The notes beneath the pieces were generated by a model. That model worked only from the letters and a program-made list of their open reading frames with translations. It did not search any database and was not told the origin of the DNA. Below, piece by piece: positions 1-7,205 of a DNA stretch of 41,279 bases. The stretch is from a virus (Duplodnaviria; Caudoviricetes). Position 1 is the first letter of the stretch. Each line of letters starts with the position of its first letter. The stretch covers positions 1 through 41,279 of the IMG/VR virus record IMGVR_UViG_3300020281_000049; one strand, 5' to 3'. Both the position numbers and the translations under genes were made by a program.

Positions 1-117
1 TGTTTGAAAATATGTAACAATATCAATAGTTTAGGGCTAAATGGCACCAGAACAGGCGCCAGTCCGCATAAACACAGACATTCGGCCCGAGATCTCGTGC
101 TGACAGGGAGAGGTTAT
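1..117. repeat. Direct terminal repeat, left copy (117 bp)
   Basis: 1-117 matches 41163-41279 except A78 vs C41240. Confidence 0.95.
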
Positions 118-185
118 GGATTTATTGATTAATATTGATATTAAATCAATGGCGATACTATATAGTACACCGTTAAAACTACATG

Positions 186-250
186 ATTTAAAAACTATTT
201 TAAAAATAATTTAAAAAAGTGTTTACAAACAGAATTATGCGGATTATATT
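186..250 (+). promoter_or_regulatory. Sigma70-type early promoter P1 with A-tract UP element
   Basis: TTTACA (222-227), 17 bp spacer, TATATT (245-250); upstream A/T tracts nearly identical to 1031-1075. Confidence 0.75.
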
Positions 251-301
251 ATAGATAATGACCAACACAATTAAGTGTGGTTATCAATAAAGGAGAATAG
301 T

Positions 302-721
302 ATGAATATAAATGTAGCCAGTTTAAAGAATAATGATAATTATGGCATTGTTGATCTTATCGATAGTTTAAATGATATACAATATCATGTTGAAAAAGGC
401 ACAATGACTGTCGAAGATGGTTTAAGTTTAGCCAACAAGTGTTGTAACGGTTTCTTATCTAGTGAGGATAATAATCCCATAAGTGATTGGGAGTCGGATG
501 GCAGTGATGATCCATTTAGTGGTATGGAAGATAATACGGAGCAATCGGCTGATGAGTATGAAAATATTCAAAAGGAGGCATTTGCGTTTTTAGATGAGCT
601 TCGTGATAGTGGTGCGGTTAATATGTTTGGCGCATCAAGAAATCTTGAAGATCATTTTGGTTATACTTCAGAGCAATGTAAGACATTACTTAAGGAATGG
701 ATGGTGCAATATGGAAAGTAA
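302..721 (+). CDS. Early hypothetical protein, acidic, with C-terminal LRDSGAVNMFGA motif
   Basis: ORF track 275..721; ATG302 follows AAAGGAGAA RBS. Confidence 0.8.
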   Translation: MNINVASLKNNDNYGIVDLIDSLNDIQYHVEKGTMTVEDGLSLANKCCNGFLSSEDNNPISDWESDGSDDPFSGMEDNTEQSADEYENIQKEAFAFLDELRDSGAVNMFGASRNLEDHFGYTSEQCKTLLKEWMVQYGK

Positions 722-956
722 TAGATATTTTAAGAGGCATCCAAAGACTGTTGCCAAGATACTAATGATATTGTTTTCAGTATTATTTGTGTGTGGTATC
801 GGGATTGGTGTCGGTGGTGGTTTGATCATGAGCTTGTACAGTGGTGAAACACTAATATTCTGGCTAGGTTTAATGATGGCCATGACGTCGGTGTTCGTCG
901 TTTTCTGGACAGTTTTAGGCTTTATCTTTAATGCGATCGACTACGCCAACGCGTAA
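711..956 (+). CDS. Small membrane protein (2 predicted TM helices)
   Basis: ATG711 overlaps the end of the upstream gene; two long hydrophobic stretches; followed by a terminator. Confidence 0.7.
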   Translation: MESNRYFKRHPKTVAKILMILFSVLFVCGIGIGVGGGLIMSLYSGETLIFWLGLMMAMTSVFVVFWTVLGFIFNAIDYANA

Positions 957-976
957 ATAATAATAATAAAATAATA

Positions 977-1007
977 AATGGGCAGCTGCAAAGTTGCCCA
1001 TTTTTTT
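977..1007 (+). terminator. Rho-independent terminator
   Basis: ATGGGCAGC-tgcaaa-GTTGCCCAT hairpin followed by a T run. Confidence 0.85.
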
Positions 1008-1030
1008 ATGCGCTCTATATTATATATACT

Positions 1031-1096
1031 ATTTAAAAATTAATTTTAAAAAAAATTTAAAAAAGTGTTTACAAATAATTTATTGCGCTGTACTAT
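1031..1096 (+). promoter_or_regulatory. Sigma70-type early promoter P2
   Basis: TTTACA (1068-1073), 17 bp spacer, TACTAT (1091-1096); repeats the P1 upstream region. Confidence 0.75.
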
Positions 1097-1129
1097 TAAT
1101 TAAATGTTCAAAATAAAGGAGAATGTAAT

Positions 1130-1402
1130 ATGAGCAATATAATTAGAATAAGCGATTATCAATATAAAAATGCATATAAAGCCGAAATCGACATTGCGCA
1201 CGATTGCCCAATATTCGAATTTATGGCTTGGGTTGAAAAATATAATTTAGGCCATAATTTAATTAAAGCGGTCGGCCCTGGCGGCGGCAACCCATGCTTT
1301 GAAATTTATTCAATGGACAAAAATGCCGTTTTGGCAGCATTGAGTGAACACCATCAAACACATACGGGCGACAAATTTATACACGAGAGTATATACCAAT
1401 AA
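1130..1402 (+). CDS. Early hypothetical protein (GPGGGNP motif)
   Basis: 90 aa ORF with AAAGGAGAA RBS, its own promoter and its own terminator. Confidence 0.8.
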   Translation: MSNIIRISDYQYKNAYKAEIDIAHDCPIFEFMAWVEKYNLGHNLIKAVGPGGGNPCFEIYSMDKNAVLAALSEHHQTHTGDKFIHESIYQ

Positions 1403-1420
1403 TATAAAGCGCTCGGCTCA

Positions 1421-1455
1421 AATGGTCAGCACAGAAATGTGTTGGCCATTTTTTA
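1421..1455 (+). terminator. Rho-independent terminator
   Basis: AATGGTCAGCACA-gaaa-TGTGTTGGCCATT hairpin with GAAA loop, then a T run. Confidence 0.85.
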
Positions 1456-1501
1456 TATATACAACTTTTTTAAAATAAAAATATTTTTATAGCCCCATTG
1501 T

Positions 1502-1524
1502 CAATAAATACAATATGCCAATAA
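1502..1524 (+). repeat. 23-bp element CAATAAATACAATATGCCAATAA, inverted relative to 40957-40979
   Basis: Exact reverse complement of 40957-40979. Confidence 0.9.
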
Positions 1525-1593
1525 TATTGTTATATAGTCTATAAATCGGTCGGCTCATTTTGTATTGGCCATAAAATTAATTCCAATAAACAG

Positions 1594-1622
1594 TGTACAT
1601 TATCGGATTTATGTAGTAGAGT
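1594..1622 (+). promoter_or_regulatory. Putative promoter P3
   Basis: TGTACA, 17 bp spacer, TAGAGT, upstream of an AGAAAGGAGAA RBS. Confidence 0.5.
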
Positions 1623-1646
1623 GATAATCAGAAAGGAGAAATGCTT

Positions 1647-1859
1647 ATGATAGTAAGTGAATTAATCGAGATTCTGCAGGGCCACGAGCCAAGTGCAGAG
1701 GTTAAGATTGCGACTAACCGCGCTAACCCATATATGAGTTCAGTAAGGGGCGTCGTGAGCACAGGTAGTAATTACCTGTTTATTTGTCAGGACTATGACA
1801 GCACAGCTATGGAGACTGATCCATGGCAAGAGCTCGATGGTCCATATCCATATAAATAA
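1647..1859 (+). CDS. Early hypothetical protein
   Basis: ORF track 1641..1859; ATG1647 is better spaced from the AGAAAGGAG RBS. Confidence 0.75.
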   Translation: MIVSELIEILQGHEPSAEVKIATNRANPYMSSVRGVVSTGSNYLFICQDYDSTAMETDPWQELDGPYPYK

Positions 1860-1876
1860 TCAGAAAGGAGAATGGT

Positions 1877-2407
1877 ATGACATCATTAGAAACAGCAAAA
1901 ACAGCAGTCGATTTAGGTATCGATGGTCTTAAACAGCACTCAATGGCTGAGCTTAACGGCATGTATTGCAATATTGTCAAGGCACCTCAGGCGCCAAAGT
2001 TTAGTGACAAGACTGCTGCAGCCAAGCGTATTATCAAAATGGCTGAGCAGGCGTTAGCTAACGACATGGAGCGATCGGCTGAGTCGGAGGTTGGCAACTT
2101 GACATTAACACCGTCACCTGCCAAAATACCAGTCAAGGTCGGTAGGCCAAAAGCCAAGGCACGTGAGTATATGTTCTTATCTGAGTCATCTGAAGAGCAT
2201 ATTGCTGACGCCACCAAGCAGGCTCGTGATATACATCAGAACATGGTTCACAATGAGTGGATCCCAGAGTCTGAGGTACGTATCCATATCGAGGCTATGA
2301 AGGGCGAGGGCAAGCTGGTTACGACGCAATCATCATGGCGTATATTCCAGTATTATCGTGCGCAGCTTATCAATCGCAGCTTACTCAAAATGCGTAATGC
2401 TGAGTAA
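1877..2407 (+). CDS. Hypothetical protein, possibly DNA-binding; C-terminal domain paralogous to 3492..3716
   Basis: 176 aa ORF, strong RBS, AT-hook-like GRP linker, KQARDI motif shared with the paralogue. Confidence 0.8.
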   Translation: MTSLETAKTAVDLGIDGLKQHSMAELNGMYCNIVKAPQAPKFSDKTAAAKRIIKMAEQALANDMERSAESEVGNLTLTPSPAKIPVKVGRPKAKAREYMFLSESSEEHIADATKQARDIHQNMVHNEWIPESEVRIHIEAMKGEGKLVTTQSSWRIFQYYRAQLINRSLLKMRNAE

Positions 2408-2415
2408 TATTAACC

Positions 2416-2440
2416 AAGGGGGCTTCGGCCCCCTTTTTTT
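2416..2440 (+). terminator. Rho-independent terminator
   Basis: GGGGGC-TTCG-GCCCCC (cUUCGg tetraloop) followed by T7. Confidence 0.92.
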
Positions 2441-2457
2441 ATTTCTAAATTTTTCCG

Positions 2458-2487
2458 TTTACATTCGAACAATAACTGTGGTAGAAT
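2458..2487 (+). promoter_or_regulatory. Promoter P4 for the DUF932 / nucleotide-metabolism / polymerase operon
   Basis: TTTACA (2458-2463), 18 bp spacer, extended -10 TGgTAGAAT. Confidence 0.7.
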
Positions 2488-2517
2488 GTAAACATCAATC
2501 AAGAAAGGAGAATGTGA

Positions 2518-3492
2518 ATGGCACATTTAGTTGAAACTATGGCGTATGCCGGTGAAGTCCCTTGGCACGGTTTAGGTACCAAGGTAGAAGATAATCTAAC
2601 CCCTCAAGAAATGATTGAGGCTGCAGGTTTAAATTGGACGGTATCAAGACGACCAGTCTTTGTACCTCAGGAGCCTGGCTATGATCACACTGAGGGCACA
2701 CTCACAACTACCGAGTTTGGTATGCTTGTGCGTGACTCTGACAATAGGATCTTAGGTCCTTGCGGCAGAAACTATATCCCTGCTCAGAACGAAGAGGTTT
2801 TTAGCTTTTTCAATAAGTTTGTAGAGTCAGGCGATATGACTATGGGCACAGCTGGTTCATTGGACAATGGCCGTCAGGTATGGGGTCTTGCTAATATAAA
2901 GCAAGGTTTCAAATTACCAGGTGGTGACGAGGTTCAAGGTCACTTGCTTATATCACACCCACATCAGTGGGGAAAATCCCTTACCATTATGTTCACTCCA
3001 GTCCGTGTCGTGTGTAACAACACATTGACTATGGCACTTGGGCAGCAAGGTGAGAGATTTAGAATGCCACACGTTAAGGCGTTCGATGCTGAGGTTGTTG
3101 CTGCAGCCGAGCAAGCATTAGGACTAGCTTCAGAGCAACTCGAGTCGTTCGAAGAGCAGTCTAAGTTCCTTGCTAGTAAGCAGTACAATGATGATCAATT
3201 TGATCGTTTTCTTGCTCAGCTTTTTCAACCAGCACTGATTGTTGACAACAAGGTGGATCGTACGCAATTCAATCGTACCTGTGAGAATGTACACGAGCTT
3301 GTGTATACTCAGCCAGGTGCCAAGATGAGCGAAGGTTCATGGTGGTCTGCTCTCAATGCTGTCACGTACTATGTAGATCATAAGGCTGGTCGTAACCGTG
3401 ACACTAGCCTGCAGTCTGCATGGTTTGGTCCACGAGCCGCAACTAAGCGTAAGGCTCTACAACTTGCCACGGAGATGGCGGAGGCTGCATAA
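2518..3492 (+). CDS. DUF932 / phage-plasmid-like (TIGR03299-type) protein
   Basis: Motifs MAH..ETMAY.GEVPWHGLG, AAGLNW, FTPVRVVCNNT, W.ALNAVT.Y.DH. Confidence 0.85.
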   Translation: MAHLVETMAYAGEVPWHGLGTKVEDNLTPQEMIEAAGLNWTVSRRPVFVPQEPGYDHTEGTLTTTEFGMLVRDSDNRILGPCGRNYIPAQNEEVFSFFNKFVESGDMTMGTAGSLDNGRQVWGLANIKQGFKLPGGDEVQGHLLISHPHQWGKSLTIMFTPVRVVCNNTLTMALGQQGERFRMPHVKAFDAEVVAAAEQALGLASEQLESFEEQSKFLASKQYNDDQFDRFLAQLFQPALIVDNKVDRTQFNRTCENVHELVYTQPGAKMSEGSWWSALNAVTYYVDHKAGRNRDTSLQSAWFGPRAATKRKALQLATEMAEAA

Positions 3493-3716
3493 TGCAAACT
3501 ACCTTCACTTTTGTGAAGTCATCAGACTCGTCCCTAGCCAAACAGGCTAGGGACATTCTTAATATTGTAGAAGCTAAAGGGTCAATAACAAAACAAGACC
3601 TGATACAGCAGATACAAGTTGACGTTAAATCGAAGCAAACTGCAGAGAGGCTGCTGTCATACTATAAGACAGCATTAATCTCTGACGGTTATATGGAAGA
3701 GAGGAAACATGGCTAA
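3492..3716 (+). CDS. Small hypothetical protein, possible winged-helix-like domain
   Basis: 74 aa ORF with TAATG coupling to the upstream gene; similar to the C-terminus of 1877..2407. Confidence 0.75.
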   Translation: MQTTFTFVKSSDSSLAKQARDILNIVEAKGSITKQDLIQQIQVDVKSKQTAERLLSYYKTALISDGYMEERKHG

Positions 3717-4548
3717 TGCTAGAGGAAAAAAGGTAGATACAACCTACCTTTCTATAGACAATGCCGAGGAGCGTGGGTTTCTACATAGAGACTATATCGC
3801 TCACTGTCTACGATGGTCACATGTTGTAAAGTATCTTGGCACAAGCCAAAGATATAAATCAGCACGTGTCCTCGATGTCGGCTGTGGCAAAGAGATGCCA
3901 CTATCGAAGCTGCTGCACTCATCACGTATGGGTACAGCGTGGTATGGCGCTGTCGATGTTGCACCACTGGTTACACCAGAGCAATTTCGTAATGCATCAT
4001 GGAAACCACATAAACTATGGTCTAAGACCGATGTATGCACATTGAAGCCAGACGATTTTGAGGCACCCCCTACAGCGATCGTCTGTTTTGAAGTTGCAGA
4101 ACATGTCGAGCCAGATCATTGTCGTCGTATGCTCGCTAAGTTTCATGAGCTACTCGAAGATGAGGGTCGTGTCTTTATCAGTACACCATGCTATGACGCC
4201 CATACCGGTGCTGCTGCAAACCATGTCAATGAGATGACGTACCAAGCATTTGGTGCTGCACTCGAAGATACTGGTTTCAGAGTCGAGGGTCATTGGGGCA
4301 CGTTTGCTAGTATGAAAGACTATAAAGACGAGCTCACGCCAGCACAACGTGAGGTATGGGATCAGTTACGTGACTATTATGACACTAACTACCTGTCCAC
4401 TGTGATGGCACCACTCGTACCGCAGCATAGTCGTAATGTGCTGTGGCAGTTAACCAAAGATCAATCATTGCCAAGACTATTTCCTAGTTTGAAAGATGTC
4501 GAAGGTATATGGGGATCATCAGAAGAATGGGAGAAACTATGTCCTTAA
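3709..4548 (+). CDS. Class I SAM-dependent methyltransferase (small-molecule / UbiG-like)
   Basis: Motif I VLDVGCG; IVCFEVAEHV; LLEDEGRVFISTP; no DPPY/NPPY or PCQ-ENV DNA-methyltransferase motifs. Confidence 0.85.
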   Translation: MANARGKKVDTTYLSIDNAEERGFLHRDYIAHCLRWSHVVKYLGTSQRYKSARVLDVGCGKEMPLSKLLHSSRMGTAWYGAVDVAPLVTPEQFRNASWKPHKLWSKTDVCTLKPDDFEAPPTAIVCFEVAEHVEPDHCRRMLAKFHELLEDEGRVFISTPCYDAHTGAAANHVNEMTYQAFGAALEDTGFRVEGHWGTFASMKDYKDELTPAQREVWDQLRDYYDTNYLSTVMAPLVPQHSRNVLWQLTKDQSLPRLFPSLKDVEGIWGSSEEWEKLCP

Positions 4549-4937
4549 CAAGTGACATACGTGAGTTCCATGAAAAGTTCGGGATGGAGTATGACGGGTT
4601 ACCTCGTAAGCTCTCTCCCGAGCTTCTAGAATTTCGCGTTAATTTTATAAAAGAAGAGTTGCTGGAATATTTGCAATCACACACATTGCACGACCAGCTT
4701 GATGCTCTTGTAGATTTAACCTATGTGATATTGGGCACAGCATATTTGCAAGGCTTTCCGTTTGAGGAAGCATGGTCAAGAGTGCATGCAGCCAATATGA
4801 AAAAAGTAAAAGGCCCATCAGAACGGTCAGACAAGTTTGATGTAATTAAACCAGAGGGATGGGAGCCACCAGATCTTACTGATCTATGTGGAGAACAAAT
4901 GGAGCTGTTTAATGATAATAATACTGGACGGTCCTGA
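4539..4937 (+). CDS. MazG-like / PRA-PH all-alpha NTP pyrophosphohydrolase
   Basis: FHEKFG, FIKEELLEY (EExxE), DALVDLTYV, VHAANMKK, KPEGWEPPDL. Confidence 0.88.
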   Translation: MSLTSDIREFHEKFGMEYDGLPRKLSPELLEFRVNFIKEELLEYLQSHTLHDQLDALVDLTYVILGTAYLQGFPFEEAWSRVHAANMKKVKGPSERSDKFDVIKPEGWEPPDLTDLCGEQMELFNDNNTGRS

Positions 4938-5898
4938 TGGTACTGGTAAAACTACGCTTGCTGAGCGTATGTGCACTGAGCTTAATGCTGAGTACCTGCA
5001 CCTTACATACCGATGGAAGGAACGGATCTTTGATTACCATACCGCTGCCATACGGTATGCTGCAAGAAAGCGTAGACCGATAGTCATCGATAGATGGTGG
5101 CCATCAGAAGCTGTATATGCCAAAGCATTTCGTGGCGGCAGTGACTGGCCCTTGCAAGGTCGTATGTGCGATCGTGTTGCTAAAAAGTTTGGCGTGATTT
5201 ACGTGTACTGCTTACCGGATGATGTACAGTCTGCAGTCGCAAACCACGCCGAGTTGAAGCAACAAAGGGAGGAAATGTATGAAGACATCGAAGCTGTTGC
5301 CGATCTTTATATTAAGCTATGGGACGGTGAAAGTACACATGAAGATAAGAACCAGTACATAGACCAAGTCATACGGCATGGCGGTATGGTTACACACCCT
5401 GATACAATCAAGTATACCATATCAGAGTGGGGTCATTGTATGGATCTATTTATCGAGCGTGTATGGGCACTTGCATCTGCATGGCGTCAGCTGCAGCTTC
5501 CTAAATTACTTGAGTATGATAATTGGAATATGCTTGGCCATGCTTCATGTGCAGAGTATCTAATTGTCGGCGAGCGTGTCAATCCTAAGTTTCGTGAATT
5601 GTACTGGCCTTTCTATGACTATGGCAACAGCAGTTTACACTTGACGCAAGCAATACATTCGCTTGAGCTCAAAGAGCATAACTTTATGTACGCTAATGCA
5701 TACAACCATGATGGATCACCTAACTGGCTGATTGATTATGTGATGCAGACATATAATAAAAAAATAATAACACTTGGTAAGCAGGCAGAAGACGCAGTCG
5801 CTCACCATACTATACATGCAGCCTTGCCGCATCCTTCGTATGCAAAGCGGTTCGGTAAAGTTGACATGGTGGAGGTAATGAAACATGCGATCTGTTAA
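4912..5898 (+). CDS. dNMP/thymidylate-kinase-like P-loop kinase fused to a C-terminal uracil-DNA-glycosylase-like domain
   Basis: IIILDGPDGTGKTT P-loop and VIDRWWPSE (TMK DR motif); C-terminal IVGER, YANA, IITLGKQA, LPHPSY (UDG-fold motifs). Confidence 0.82.
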   Translation: MIIILDGPDGTGKTTLAERMCTELNAEYLHLTYRWKERIFDYHTAAIRYAARKRRPIVIDRWWPSEAVYAKAFRGGSDWPLQGRMCDRVAKKFGVIYVYCLPDDVQSAVANHAELKQQREEMYEDIEAVADLYIKLWDGESTHEDKNQYIDQVIRHGGMVTHPDTIKYTISEWGHCMDLFIERVWALASAWRQLQLPKLLEYDNWNMLGHASCAEYLIVGERVNPKFRELYWPFYDYGNSSLHLTQAIHSLELKEHNFMYANAYNHDGSPNWLIDYVMQTYNKKIITLGKQAEDAVAHHTIHAALPHPSYAKRFGKVDMVEVMKHAIC

Positions 5899-6658
5899 TG
5901 CAGAATGGTATGCAGCACTTGATGACATCATTGCTCATGGTGCTAGCATAAAACCACGTGGCTTATCATGTCTTGAGTTATGTGGCTATCAAACCGTAGT
6001 TGATATGGAACACCCTATCTTGACTGTACCAGGCAGAAACATTGGCTATAAGTTTATGGCTGCTGAAGCTGCATGGATATTGTCAGGTGATAACCGTACC
6101 AGTACAATAACACCATATTCTCGTGAGATTGGTGGGTTCAGTGATGATGGTATCACTTATCATGGTGCGTATGGGCCCAAGATACGTGATCAGCTGCACT
6201 ATGTAGTTGACTGTCTTGGCAAAGATCCTGATACAAGACAAGCAGTAATAAATATTTGGCGTGAGAATCCGCCAGTAACCAAGGACGTGCCTTGCACGTT
6301 GTCTTTGCAGTGGGTGATACGGGAGGATACTATTCACTGCATCGACACAATGAGGTCATCTGATATATGGCTTGGCTGGCCTTATGATGTGTTTAATATG
6401 TCAATGATAACCCGTTACATTTTGTTGTATTTACGACAGGTGCATAGCAAGACTTATAAACTAGGTACATTAAGATTGACTGCCGGATCACAGCATTTGT
6501 ATACGATAAATCAGTCGGCTGTCATAAAGCTGCTGACTGAGACACGAGTTACAGACCATGTTGATTGGAGATTACCATTGTATGATCTTAGTGGACCTGA
6601 TGCGTTAACTAAATTTTTATGGGAGTGCGCAGAACATGGTACGCTCACGTCCCTGTAA
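5885..6658 (+). CDS. Thymidylate-synthase-fold enzyme, probable dCMP hydroxymethylase/methylase
   Basis: AEAAWILSG, DTRQAV, KDVPCT (catalytic Cys), MRSSDIWLGWPYD (Asp at the Asn177 specificity site), GSQHLY. Confidence 0.85.
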   Translation: MRSVNAEWYAALDDIIAHGASIKPRGLSCLELCGYQTVVDMEHPILTVPGRNIGYKFMAAEAAWILSGDNRTSTITPYSREIGGFSDDGITYHGAYGPKIRDQLHYVVDCLGKDPDTRQAVINIWRENPPVTKDVPCTLSLQWVIREDTIHCIDTMRSSDIWLGWPYDVFNMSMITRYILLYLRQVHSKTYKLGTLRLTAGSQHLYTINQSAVIKLLTETRVTDHVDWRLPLYDLSGPDALTKFLWECAEHGTLTSL

Positions 6659-7205
6659 GGATGAATATTTCCTCGCTATGGCTGTGCTTGTCGCAGCGCG
6701 TAGTACATGCAGCAGGCGTAGTGTCGGTTGTGTCTTGGTGGATAGTCGTAACCATGTTTTGGCTACTGGCTACAATGGTGTGGCTAGTGGTGTGGCCCAT
6801 TGTATTGACGAACCTTGCCCTGGCGCTGAGCTTCCTAGCGGGACTGGCCTCGATAAGTGCGAAGCCATTCATGCCGAACAAAATGCTATACTACAATGCA
6901 AGGACGTGGGAATTATTGAAACAGCGTATATCACGACAAGTCCGTGCCATACGTGTACGAAACTATTAATGAATACAGGCTGCAGCCGTATAGTCTTTCT
7001 CAAGGCGTATACGGATGTGAGTCCTAAAGAATTATGGAAAGGAGAGTGGATAGAGCATGGACCAATTAAGTATGTTTTTACCCAAAGCGAACTGGAAACC
7101 GCCAGCCGATCTACCAGACCTGAGCAAAGCAAAGGTAATATCATTGGACGTGGAAACAAGCGATCCAAACCTTCTAACCTCTGGTCCTGGTGGAGTAAGA
7201 AATGA
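6636..7205 (+). CDS. dCMP deaminase
   Basis: RSTC.RR.VGCVLV, TGYNG, HAEQNA and SPCHTC zinc motifs. Confidence 0.92.
   Translation: MVRSRPCKDEYFLAMAVLVAARSTCSRRSVGCVLVDSRNHVLATGYNGVASGVAHCIDEPCPGAELPSGTGLDKCEAIHAEQNAILQCKDVGIIETAYITTSPCHTCTKLLMNTGCSRIVFLKAYTDVSPKELWKGEWIEHGPIKYVFTQSELETASRSTRPEQSKGNIIGRGNKRSKPSNLWSWWSKK

Noticed and set aside
594-710. N-terminal extension of ORF 594..956
   Set aside because: It overlaps the upstream gene and has no RBS; ATG711 is the more plausible start
955-977. TAA-rich micro-repeat after ORF 711..956
   Set aside because: Short low-complexity AT spacer before a terminator; not CRISPR-like
3709-4548. Restriction-modification DNA methyltransferase
   Set aside because: It lacks N6/N4 (D/N/S)PPY and C5 PCQ/ENV motifs, and no cognate restriction gene is evident
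5885-6658. Ordinary thymidylate synthase (thyA)
   Set aside because: Asp replaces the dUMP-specifying Asn and the loop is PCT rather than PCH, so the gene symbol was withheld
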